A DNA stretch of 64,000 nt from Candidatus Pacearchaeota archaeon (GTDB lineage Archaea > Nanobdellota > Nanobdellia > Pacearchaeales > GW2011-AR1): NCBI GenBank assembly GCA_041649295.1, contig JBAZNI010000001.1, positions 288,115 to 352,114 on the forward strand, read 5' to 3'. The notes under the pieces are model-generated. The model was given only the letters and a program-made list of their open reading frames with translations. It was not told where the DNA came from and made no database searches. The translations under genes were made by a program, and so were the position numbers. Shown piece by piece: positions 25,909 to 34,692 of the stretch. The first letter of the stretch is position 1; every line of letters starts with the position of its first letter.

Positions 25909-28900
25909 TTAACTGCCCTCTTCCAGCTTCAAACTCACAATCTTGCTAATACCGCTGTTCATGCTGATTCCATAAATAACATTAGCCCCGCTAATAATGC
26001 TGTCGTTGTGGCTTATTACAATATACTGCCCGGATTTCATGTATTTGTGAAGAAGATTAGCTAAAAGTTCTGAGTTTCTTTTATCAAGTGCTGCATCAAT
26101 TTCATCAAGAATATAGAAACAGTAAGGATGATATTCCTGAATTGCAAAAATCAATGAAAGTGCAATAAGTGTTTTTTCTCCGCCTGATAAAGAATTAATG
26201 TCAAAGTATTTTCCTTTTGCAATTCTTATTATAATATCTATTCCCCCTTCAAAAATATCTTCAGGATTCTGGATTTCAAGGAATGCTTTTCCTTTTGTGC
26301 TTAACTGGCTGAAATTCCTCGTGAATAGCTCATTAATTGCAGTAAATGTTTTCATAAAAGTCTTTTTCTTTTTAACATCAATTTCATGTATGATTTTAAG
26401 TATCTCTTCTCTTTCATCTTCCAGCTGTTTGACTTTTTCAGACACCTTCTCATATTCTTCTTTTACAAATTCGTATGTTTCCAAAGCTCTCATGTTTACA
26501 CTGCCTATTCTCATTAAGTCCTGCTCTGATTTCTGAAGTTTTTCTTTAAGAAACTGAATACTTCCAGAAATAAATTCAATTCCTGAAAATTCCCTTAACT
26601 CAAATTCGAAAGATTCTTTTTCAGCACCGACTTTTGCAATTTCAACTTTAAGATTATTTATAACTTCTGTAAATCTCGAAAGAGTGTTTTGCTGGTTTAC
26701 AAGCAACAGATTTTTCTGATTTATTTTTTCCTGTATTTCTGTTCTTTCCTTAAACAGCTTTTCAAATTTTTCAATCATATCATCCAAAGCAGACTGCCTG
26801 TCTCCTAATTTATGCTCGTTTAGTTTCAGATTAGAGTTTAAATTTGACAAATCTTTTTTTATCTCTATTTTGTCTTTGTCGATTCCCTTTATAACAATTC
26901 TTATCCTTTCAATTTCCTGCTCTTTGAACAAAATAGTCCTGTCAATATTTTCATCTGTTCTTGATGATATTTCCTGCAGTTCAAACAGAAGTGTTTTTGA
27001 TTTCTCCTCTATCTTTGAAATATCTTGAAGATTCTTTGCAAGTGATTCCTGTCTTGTTTTTAAGTTTTGGATTTCTATTTTAAAATTCTTTTCTTTAGCC
27101 ATAAGTTTTTTCATAGATTCTCTTTTTTCATTAATAGATTCTATTTTAACAAGCTCAACTTCTCTTTCTGACAATTCGTTTTTTAGGGAATCATCTTTGC
27201 TACCAAGATTTTTTATATTAATTTCAAAATCTTCAATTTCTTTTTTAACTGAATTTAACAGCTCCAAACTTTTTTTGATTTTGTCTTCTGTCGATTTTAA
27301 AACATGAGTTACATGCTCGCTTGTTAATTTGCTCTGGCATAGAGGGCAGATATCAGAAGAAGGTATTTTTGATTTTAGTTTCTGATTTCTTTCTATATCT
27401 GCTTCAATTACAGAAAAAGATTTCTCAGCATTTTTTCTTTCTTCATATAATTTTTCAAGTTGTTTTTTATTTTCTCCAATATCTTTATTTAGCTCTTTTA
27501 TTTTTGCTGTGCATTCTTCTGTTGTCTGGAAAGTAAGTTCTTCTGCCAAAGATTTTATCTGGTTAAAAAGATATCTTGATTCTGTTTCAGCAGAAGTTAA
27601 TTCTCTTTCCTTATCTCTTATCCTGTCTTTAATGAGATTAAATTCTGTCTGCAGAGAATAAACTTTTTCTTTTTTAGATTCAATTTCATCAAGTTCCTGC
27701 TTTTTAGCTTTGATTTCATTCTGTCTTTTAGAAAGTAATGGAGATTCTTTTTTTAATCTATTAAGTTCTTCTTCAGATTCTTTTAAGCTGTGCTCTAATT
27801 CATTTCTTCTAACTTCATTTTCAGCTAGTTTTTTGTCAAAGTTATCTATTCTTGTTCTGTCTTCTGTAACCCTTATATTCAGCATTGTAATTTCATCATT
27901 CAAAGACTCTCTTTCAAAACCTGAAGATTTCTGAACATGCTCATTTATTTCATCTGCTCTTTGTGAAAGAGATTTAATTTCCTGCTCCAATCTTGATATT
28001 TCTGATTTTACTTTTTCCTTGAATTTGGTGTTTTTATCAACTTCTTCTTTTATTTTTTCAATTTCTTTATCTTTTTCATCAAGGTTCTTTTTTATTATTG
28101 ATACTTTGCACTGCTTGACACTTTTTTCAAGTTCTTTAAACCTCAAAGCCTGCTTCCTTTCTTCTTCAAGATTTTTCATATATGCTGTTCTCTCTCTTAA
28201 AACTGCAGAAACTTCTTTTAGTTTTTGGTTTGTTTTTTCAATTTCATGGAGAGATTTCTGTTTTCTCATTTCGTAAATTGAAATTCCTGCAACTTCTTCA
28301 ATAATCTCTCTTCTTTCAATAGGGTGCATTTTAACAAGATGGGCAATTTCTCCCTGAAGAACAATATTAAATCCATTTGGGTCAATTCCTGCATGAGATA
28401 AAAGTTCTAAAATTTCCTGGCGTGTTTTTGTCTCGCCATTTAGCTTGTAAATGCTCGTTCCTTTTCTCCTTACAATTCTTTTAATAGAAACGTCTTTTGA
28501 ATCGATGTTAAACATTTTGTCAGAATTATCAAAAACAATTTCAACACTTGCCTCTTTAGACGGTTTTCTTTCTTTTGTTCCCTGAAAAATAAGATGTGAT
28601 GATTTTTCAGCTCTCAAACTTTTGCTTGACAAACGCCCTAAAACAAAACACAAAGCATCGCTTATATTTGAATTATGCGCGAATATATTATTAGCTACAA
28701 AATTATGATGTTCTTCAACGCACAAATCATAAACCCATTCCCCCCCAGCTATTTCTTGAATATCTATAAGTTCATCCCAAAAGATGTCTGATTGAATTAG
28801 CAGATTTAACCTATTTATATTTTCAGAATTTCCTATAAATAATTGATTAGTCAATAAAGAAAGTCCATTTCTTGAAGGAGTGCATTGATTATAATAATAT

Positions 28901-30381
28901 GAATCTAAACTTGGAAAATCCTGTTTATTTTTCTTAACTGAGATGCCTAACTCGTTTGTGATTATTTTTACTAAATCATTTGCTTCGATTAAATCAACAT
29001 TAGTATTAGATTTTTTATGCAAGTGGGATAATATCCTGTCTTTTTTTCTTTTATGGATTAATTGAATATATTGATTAAATAATGCTAAATTTAAAACTCC
29101 TGAGATAGTTATTGATTTATATTTGCCTTTAAAGTCTTTATATCCTTTTATAATGTCTTTAGTATTAAAAAGAATGCCTAACCTTAGCAAGCAAGTTTCA
29201 ATACTATGACAAAGCAGTTCACTCTTTGTTGTTATTTCAATTACTGGAGATTTTTTTGAGACATATCCATCTCCACAATATAGTCCATTTAATAAGTTTG
29301 ATATTTCTTCCTTAGAAGAGTGTTTTAAAATAATGTTTGAAATCTTTTTATTTTCTGTTTTTGAAGCCATCCCTAATTCCCTTAAAATCTTTTTTAATGG
29401 CTCTGAAAAAATTATTACATCCCAGCAATTTTGTTTATACTCCCGGACTAATGGTTCTTTATGGAAAAGTTTTCTTACAAGATAAACATAATCTTCTACA
29501 ATTTCTCTATCTCCATTTGTAAACCAGATATGGCTTGAATCTCCAAGCCTTCCTTCTGCCAAAAGATATCCAAAAAATCTGGCAAAGTCTGGAGAATTTT
29601 TAAATTCAAATCTTGTATCCTTGCCATTAGCACAAATAGTATTTATATTATTGACTATTTCTATATCTGAAAAACCTGCATACCTAAATATTTTTATAAG
29701 GTTGCAGAAGTGAATTGATTGTTTATCAAGCATCCCTTTAATAATATAATAATTAACTCCTATTTTCTGCGCTAATTCCCTCCAGCTATTTTTTTCTTTT
29801 AATGATTTTAAAATATTAACATATTCTTCTTTATAAGGAATATAAAAATTATCTTCAAGACTAAATTTATCAAGAAGTTCTATAAAATATTTATTTTCAG
29901 GCTCAAAGTTTATTTTTCTCGTAACAGCTATTCTAACCCCTTTTTTTAATTCTTCTGCTTTTGCAGGAACAATTTTATTATTTTTTAATATAAAGAAAGG
30001 ATGATATTTAGTAGATGTAATTTCTCTGCCCGAACGAGTTTTTATTTTTAGCAGTTTTTCTGGAGAAGTTCTCTTTACAAATGCTTTAATGGGTTTTTTT
30101 ACAACTTTTAAAGTATTAAAATCAAGGCATAATACTTCTGTGCCATCGCCTTGAATTAAAAATCCATCTTCAGTTTTTATAGCATTGATTAAACGAGAAT
30201 TAACAATATTTCCAATCTTTTCTATTGTTCCGTCTGATAGCTGGACTAGTGAATTTTCAGTCAGGCACTTACCACTTCCATTTGGGCCAATAATGACATT
30301 AATTCCTGTATCAAATGGGAGCTGTGCTTTTCCTGCAAAACTCTTAAACCCATTTATTGTCAGCTCTTTTACATAACCCAT
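25909..30381 (-). CDS. SMC-headed coiled-coil ATPase with central CxxC hook, interrupted by an intein
   Basis: Head motifs are INGFKSF, GPNGSGK[intein]SNISDALCFVLG, QGEIAHLV..ERREIIEEVAGIS, LSGGEKTLIALSLIFAIQ and ILDEIDAALD. CPLC lies at 27337-27348, the extein midpoint. Confidence 0.85.
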   Translation of the reverse strand: MGYVKELTINGFKSFAGKAQLPFDTGINVIIGPNGSGKCLTENSLVQLSDGTIEKIGNIVNSRLINAIKTEDGFLIQGDGTEVLCLDFNTLKVVKKPIKAFVKRTSPEKLLKIKTRSGREITSTKYHPFFILKNNKIVPAKAEELKKGVRIAVTRKINFEPENKYFIELLDKFSLEDNFYIPYKEEYVNILKSLKEKNSWRELAQKIGVNYYIIKGMLDKQSIHFCNLIKIFRYAGFSDIEIVNNINTICANGKDTRFEFKNSPDFARFFGYLLAEGRLGDSSHIWFTNGDREIVEDYVYLVRKLFHKEPLVREYKQNCWDVIIFSEPLKKILRELGMASKTENKKISNIILKHSSKEEISNLLNGLYCGDGYVSKKSPVIEITTKSELLCHSIETCLLRLGILFNTKDIIKGYKDFKGKYKSITISGVLNLALFNQYIQLIHKRKKDRILSHLHKKSNTNVDLIEANDLVKIITNELGISVKKNKQDFPSLDSYYYNQCTPSRNGLSLLTNQLFIGNSENINRLNLLIQSDIFWDELIDIQEIAGGEWVYDLCVEEHHNFVANNIFAHNSNISDALCFVLGRLSSKSLRAEKSSHLIFQGTKERKPSKEASVEIVFDNSDKMFNIDSKDVSIKRIVRRKGTSIYKLNGETKTRQEILELLSHAGIDPNGFNIVLQGEIAHLVKMHPIERREIIEEVAGISIYEMRKQKSLHEIEKTNQKLKEVSAVLRERTAYMKNLEEERKQALRFKELEKSVKQCKVSIIKKNLDEKDKEIEKIKEEVDKNTKFKEKVKSEISRLEQEIKSLSQRADEINEHVQKSSGFERESLNDEITMLNIRVTEDRTRIDNFDKKLAENEVRRNELEHSLKESEEELNRLKKESPLLSKRQNEIKAKKQELDEIESKKEKVYSLQTEFNLIKDRIRDKERELTSAETESRYLFNQIKSLAEELTFQTTEECTAKIKELNKDIGENKKQLEKLYEERKNAEKSFSVIEADIERNQKLKSKIPSSDICPLCQSKLTSEHVTHVLKSTEDKIKKSLELLNSVKKEIEDFEINIKNLGSKDDSLKNELSEREVELVKIESINEKRESMKKLMAKEKNFKIEIQNLKTRQESLAKNLQDISKIEEKSKTLLFELQEISSRTDENIDRTILFKEQEIERIRIVIKGIDKDKIEIKKDLSNLNSNLKLNEHKLGDRQSALDDMIEKFEKLFKERTEIQEKINQKNLLLVNQQNTLSRFTEVINNLKVEIAKVGAEKESFEFELREFSGIEFISGSIQFLKEKLQKSEQDLMRIGSVNMRALETYEFVKEEYEKVSEKVKQLEDEREEILKIIHEIDVKKKKTFMKTFTAINELFTRNFSQLSTKGKAFLEIQNPEDIFEGGIDIIIRIAKGKYFDINSLSGGEKTLIALSLIFAIQEYHPYCFYILDEIDAALDKRNSELLANLLHKYMKSGQYIVISHNDSIISGANVIYGISMNSGISKIVSLKLEEGS
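28672..30267 (-). mobile_element. 532-aa intein with LAGLIDADG homing-endonuclease domain in the Walker A loop
   Basis: Starts at Cys39 (GSGK|CLTENSLV) and ends ..NIFAHN|S. The LAGLIDADG-like blocks are FFGYLLAEGRL and LLNGLYCGDGYV. Confidence 0.85.
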
Positions 30382-30417
30382 AAATTACAAAGGATTTGAA
30401 TATTTTTAAAGGTTGAG

Positions 30418-30657
30418 ATGATAAAAGGCAAGGTTTTTAAGTTAATAACTTTATGGTTTATAATGCTAAGAATAAGTTATAACTATCCTAATATGATTAT
30501 CCTCATTGTTTACTCTAGCGAGCTAGCTGTCAGAAAAGCAGAAGAGAGAGCTAATGTAGAGCCCTGCGACAGCAAAGTAGAGCCAGTAAGAGCAATATAT
30601 CCAGATACTGCAGGATTAGATTATAGAGTTGGAAGATATTTGGATGTTAAGGCATAA
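30418..30657 (+). CDS. Doubtful small ORF in the SMC/Lrp intergenic region
   Basis: The distal half is locally GC-richer (..AEERANVEPCDSKVEPVRAIYPDTAGLDYRVGRYLDVKA). No RBS or family was recognised. Confidence 0.2.
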   Translation: MIKGKVFKLITLWFIMLRISYNYPNMIILIVYSSELAVRKAEERANVEPCDSKVEPVRAIYPDTAGLDYRVGRYLDVKA

Positions 30658-31609
30658 ACAAGAATTTGTGTTCTTTAAACCAGAGAAGATGATGATATTT
30701 TTTAATTGATTTTCCGAAAAGATTTCTAATATCATTTAATATTTTCCTAAATTCTTCATAACTTTCAACTTCCATTTCAAATTCTAAATCATTATCGCTT
30801 ATTGTTTCATAGGCATAAATAATATTTGGATGCCGGTGAAAATAGTCCAGCATTTTTTCCTTAATAGTTAAATCCTCGAGTTGTATTTCAATTTTATACC
30901 AGTAATAACCAATTTTTTCTAAATCCAAAATAACTCTAAAATCTTTGATAATTCCTTTTTCAATCATCTTTTTTATCCGATAAGTTACATTAGTTATGCT
31001 AATTTTAGTTTTTTTAGAAATATCAACCGAACTCATTCTGGCATTTGCACTAATAAGTCTTAAGATTTCCAAGTCTATTGAATCAAAATCTGATTTTTCA
31101 GGAAAAAACATAACTTTAACTTCTGGCAGAATTTTTGATTTTTTATCATTTAAATAATCTCTTTTGTAAATATAAAACTTGCAATAAATAGACATATCTA
31201 ATTCAAAGATATAATCTCCAAATCGCTTCATTAAATCTTCTCTTAATTCATAAAATTCATATATATTTTTAACCCAGCAAGCGAGCCCTAAATCTCTGAA
31301 TCCATCTATACTATCGACCCACCAAAATTTTGGGTGTTTTTTGTAATACCCTATGATTTTATTTTCCTGCTCTGGTGTGTCTTTTTGAAGTTTAATAAAA
31401 AATCTGCAGTTAATATATCCTAATTTAGTTACATCAATCATTGTTTGATAACCTTTAATCACACTATTTTTCTCAAGTTGTTTTGTTCTGTACTGAACAA
31501 CTTCCCTGCTAAGTCCGACTTTTTTTGCAATTTGCTTAAAACTCTGTCTGCTGTCTAAATCTAACTGATACAAGATAGCTCTGTCTTTCTTGTCTAGTTT
31601 ATATACCAT
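30647..31609 (-). CDS. Tandem (double) Lrp/AsnC-type regulator
   Basis: Two HTH_AsnC modules: DRAILYQL..FKQIAKKVGLSREVVQYRTKQLEKNSVI and DLEILRLIS..DISKKTKISITNVTYRIKKMIEKGII. Confidence 0.75.
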   Translation of the reverse strand: MVYKLDKKDRAILYQLDLDSRQSFKQIAKKVGLSREVVQYRTKQLEKNSVIKGYQTMIDVTKLGYINCRFFIKLQKDTPEQENKIIGYYKKHPKFWWVDSIDGFRDLGLACWVKNIYEFYELREDLMKRFGDYIFELDMSIYCKFYIYKRDYLNDKKSKILPEVKVMFFPEKSDFDSIDLEILRLISANARMSSVDISKKTKISITNVTYRIKKMIEKGIIKDFRVILDLEKIGYYWYKIEIQLEDLTIKEKMLDYFHRHPNIIYAYETISDNDLEFEMEVESYEEFRKILNDIRNLFGKSIKKYHHLLWFKEHKFLFMP

Positions 31610-31703
31610 ATTTTTACTATAATTATTATATTTATATACTTTTTGGTTAAAAGGTAAAAAAAATAGTAAATAGTTTTATATATCTTCTTTTTAAAGAAAT
31701 TTA

Positions 31704-32840
31704 ATGGTAAAACCAAAACTAATTGAGGTTCTAGTTAAAACCCCAGAAAAAGGGCTCTCATTTAGCGCTAGCCATTTAATTCCAAAAATTCCATTACCAA
31801 AAAAACCGATACCCCAACTAAGATGGTATACTAATGATATTGACTCATTTACTGAACACAACAAAAGATGGGTAAATAGTGAGGAAGAAAAACCCATATT
31901 CAAAATGGTATATTTTGATCTTGAAACAAGATGCAATCAAAACTGCCGGGGATGTTTTACAGGAATTGGAACAACAAACCCTCTAGAATCAAATCAACCA
32001 GTAACAGATTACAAAAGACTCGCCAAGACTATAGATTTCTTAAAAAGCCATGGAGGAGAATCGATAGTCTATGCGGGCAAGGGGGAACTCTGGACAAAAC
32101 CAAAAGAAGCAAGAGAATTCATAGAATATACAACAGACAGAGGTTTAGGTATGATGATATTTACAAATGGGACTCTTTTAGAGGAAGCAGATATTCGGTG
32201 GCTAAAAGAAAAAGATGTTTCTTTAACTATTTCATTAAGGGGGACAAATGAAAGAGCTCACAATGAATTAGTAAGGGGAAGGGGATTTAGAAAAAGTATT
32301 CGTGCGATAAAATACGCCTTAAAATATGGTTTTCAAGATGAAAATCGGCTAGCAGTTGAAATACCTGCAATTAATTCAAATTACCAAGAAGTTTTAAATG
32401 ATTTTTTGCCTGCAATGAGATATTTAGGCATAGTGCCTTTTGCAGAGCAGTTTATTCTCACACATTGCCCAGAACAAGACAAAAAACTCTCGTTAAATTT
32501 CAAACAAGCAAGAAAGTTTTTTGAAGAAGCTGCGAGAATTGACAGGTTATTTGGATACGAATATGAACCAGTTAATCAGCAAAGAATGACTGCTCAAGAA
32601 CCGTGCCGAAGACCAACATATTCGTTTGTTGTTAGAACTAATGGTGATGTTGAAGATTGTCCTGGAACTTTTTATTGTCATGGCAATATAGATATACAAA
32701 CATTAAAAGAAATATTTGAATCTCAAACATTCAAAGGATTTCTAAATCATTATTCTGGCTGCCCTTGTTCAACTTGTTATACTAAAACTGATAAGGATTT
32801 ACCAAAAGATTTACCTTTTGGGCTGGAGGATTTAAAATGA
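31704..32840 (+). CDS. Radical SAM enzyme with C-terminal Cys-rich (SPASM/twitch-like) region, paralog 1
   Basis: CNQNCRGC (CxxxCxxC), the GKGELW glycine motif, and C-terminal CRRP..CPG..C..CPCSTC. Confidence 0.75.
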   Translation: MVKPKLIEVLVKTPEKGLSFSASHLIPKIPLPKKPIPQLRWYTNDIDSFTEHNKRWVNSEEEKPIFKMVYFDLETRCNQNCRGCFTGIGTTNPLESNQPVTDYKRLAKTIDFLKSHGGESIVYAGKGELWTKPKEAREFIEYTTDRGLGMMIFTNGTLLEEADIRWLKEKDVSLTISLRGTNERAHNELVRGRGFRKSIRAIKYALKYGFQDENRLAVEIPAINSNYQEVLNDFLPAMRYLGIVPFAEQFILTHCPEQDKKLSLNFKQARKFFEEAARIDRLFGYEYEPVNQQRMTAQEPCRRPTYSFVVRTNGDVEDCPGTFYCHGNIDIQTLKEIFESQTFKGFLNHYSGCPCSTCYTKTDKDLPKDLPFGLEDLK

Positions 32841-33976
32841 AAATAATTCCCGAAGTTGCAAGGAAATTTGGAGGAAAATTTCCAGCAGATTATCAGAACA
32901 AACTTCCTTATTGGGGATTTTTCTCAAAAGAAGAAATGGGGTCTAATGAAGGAAGGCTCTTAATGATGGATATAGATTTTGGGAGATATTGTTCTCTTGA
33001 TTGTCCAACTTGCTTTAGAAAAAGCAATGTAGTGGATAAAGGTTTTGAAGGGGATTTAAAATACGATGAACTTCTAAGGGTTATTGATGATGCAAGAAAA
33101 CTTGGATTACAAAGTGTTAAAACTTGTGGAGCAGGAGAACCAACACAAGATATAAGATTCTTGCAGTTTATTAAAGACATGAGTAAAAGAGACCTAGGAA
33201 CAGCGATTTTTACAAAGGGACAAGTTTTAGGTGATGATAAAGAAGCAAAAAGGTTTAATAGAAATTATGGAATAACTTCTGCTCAACAATTATGTGATGA
33301 GTTAGCAAAGTATAAAGTTAGTTTTATGTTAAGTTTCCAATCATTTGATACAGAGATACAAGATAAATTAGTTGGAAAAGAGGGGTATAGTCTTGTTAGA
33401 AATAAAGCATTGGACAATTTAGTAGAAGCAGATTTTAATGGAAGTAATCCTACAAGATTGGCTTTAGTTAATGCTCCTATAACCCAAACAAACTATAATG
33501 AAGCATTTGAGATTTATGTTTATGCAAGAGAAAGAAATCTATATCCTGTTTTTGCTTTATCAATGGTTAGTGGAAAACAATTTGATGGAGGATTTTTACG
33601 AAGTGTTGATATTAGTTATGAACAAAAACTAGACTTATATGTAAACATTTATTCTTGGAATATTGAACATGGAGTTCAAACATTAAGACAGATTCAAGAG
33701 GAGGGAGTTTCTGCAATGCCTGGAGTTCATCCTTGTAATCAAATAGCTTGCGGGCTTTATTTAACTGCTAATGGGAATGTTGTCGGATGTCCTGGGTTTA
33801 CTAATGTAGAAGGGAATGTGCGAGAAGAAAGTATAAAAAATATCTGGGAAAAAAGTCAAAATAGAAAATTAAGAGCAGAAGTTTTTAATTGTAAATGTCC
33901 TCCGAAAGATGGGATCACTATCCCTCATAACATTTATGAGAAAGTTCTAAAGAGGCTAACAGAAAAATATAGGTAA
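32837..33976 (+). CDS. Radical SAM enzyme with C-terminal Cys-rich (SPASM/twitch-like) region, paralog 2
   Basis: CSLDCPTC, GAGEPT, and C-terminal HPCNQIACG..GCPG..CKCPP. An ATGA overlap joins it to paralog 1. Confidence 0.75.
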   Translation: MKIIPEVARKFGGKFPADYQNKLPYWGFFSKEEMGSNEGRLLMMDIDFGRYCSLDCPTCFRKSNVVDKGFEGDLKYDELLRVIDDARKLGLQSVKTCGAGEPTQDIRFLQFIKDMSKRDLGTAIFTKGQVLGDDKEAKRFNRNYGITSAQQLCDELAKYKVSFMLSFQSFDTEIQDKLVGKEGYSLVRNKALDNLVEADFNGSNPTRLALVNAPITQTNYNEAFEIYVYARERNLYPVFALSMVSGKQFDGGFLRSVDISYEQKLDLYVNIYSWNIEHGVQTLRQIQEEGVSAMPGVHPCNQIACGLYLTANGNVVGCPGFTNVEGNVREESIKNIWEKSQNRKLRAEVFNCKCPPKDGITIPHNIYEKVLKRLTEKYR

Positions 33977-33980
33977 AAAA

Positions 33981-34658
33981 TCAGAACAGCTTTTTCTGAG
34001 CGCCGTGCAACTTGTATTTTTTTATTGTGTCCCAGGATTCTCTAAATATGCCTTTGTCCTTGAATTTATCATAGTTGTCGTAAATGAATTTTCTCGTAAC
34101 TGGGTCGCTTGAATATCCAGAACCAAAATTAATTCCTATTTGTTTTTTTATTTTTTCTATTTCTGCATCTCGTGTTGTTTTTGCAACTATACTTGCAGCA
34201 GAGACAACAACATGATTTACATCAGCCTTGTGTTCGCAAACAAGCTCAATATTCCCGCGGGCCATTAAAAATTTCTCAACATAATCTTTCCAAGCAGGAA
34301 TATTAACAGAAGGGCAGTCAATTATCACCCCAATTTTTTCTTTTTTATCTTTTAATCTTTTAGCTATTTGATTAATTATTTGTGCAGACGCAACTGCTTC
34401 CCTTTGATTAAGATTTAACCTGTCTCCAGATTTATTGTCAATTTCATCAACAGAGATTTTTACACAGAAACTATCAATTACCCTTTCTTTTATTATTTTA
34501 GCAAGTTCTTCTCTTTTTTTAGGAAGAAGTGTTTTTGAATCTCTTATCCCAAGTTTTACAAATTGCTTTTCTGTTTCTTTATCAATTAAAACACCTGCCA
34601 AAACCATTGGGCCGATAACTGGCCCTCTGCCAGCATCATCAATTCCAAGGATTAACAT
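33981..34658 (-). CDS. rnhB: Ribonuclease HII
   Basis: LGIDDAGRGPVIGPMV at the N-terminus, DSK, and a SAASIVAK-type motif. Confidence 0.9.
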   Translation of the reverse strand: MLILGIDDAGRGPVIGPMVLAGVLIDKETEKQFVKLGIRDSKTLLPKKREELAKIIKERVIDSFCVKISVDEIDNKSGDRLNLNQREAVASAQIINQIAKRLKDKKEKIGVIIDCPSVNIPAWKDYVEKFLMARGNIELVCEHKADVNHVVVSAASIVAKTTRDAEIEKIKKQIGINFGSGYSSDPVTRKFIYDNYDKFKDKGIFRESWDTIKKYKLHGAQKKLF

Positions 34659-34692
34659 GCCAAGTTAAACTAAATCAGGTATAAAAATGTTT

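Noticed and set aside
26198-30376. Several 60-112 aa plus-strand ORFs inside the SMC-like gene (26198, 27321, 27710, 28019, 29337, 30185)
   Set aside because: They are antisense to a long, well-supported CDS. Their S/F/L-rich low-complexity translations are what the reverse complement of K/E-rich coiled-coil codons produces.
30418-30657. The small ORF considered as a precursor peptide for the radical SAM pair
   Set aside because: It is separated from the rSAM genes by the Lrp gene. It has no leader/core features I can recognise, and its N-terminal half looks like a hydrophobic read-through of AT-rich spacer. It is kept only as a low-confidence ORF.
31931-32251. Alternative-frame 106-aa ORF inside radical SAM gene 1
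   Set aside because: The main frame carries CxxxCxxC and the downstream motifs. The alternative frame is basic, low-complexity and has no start context.
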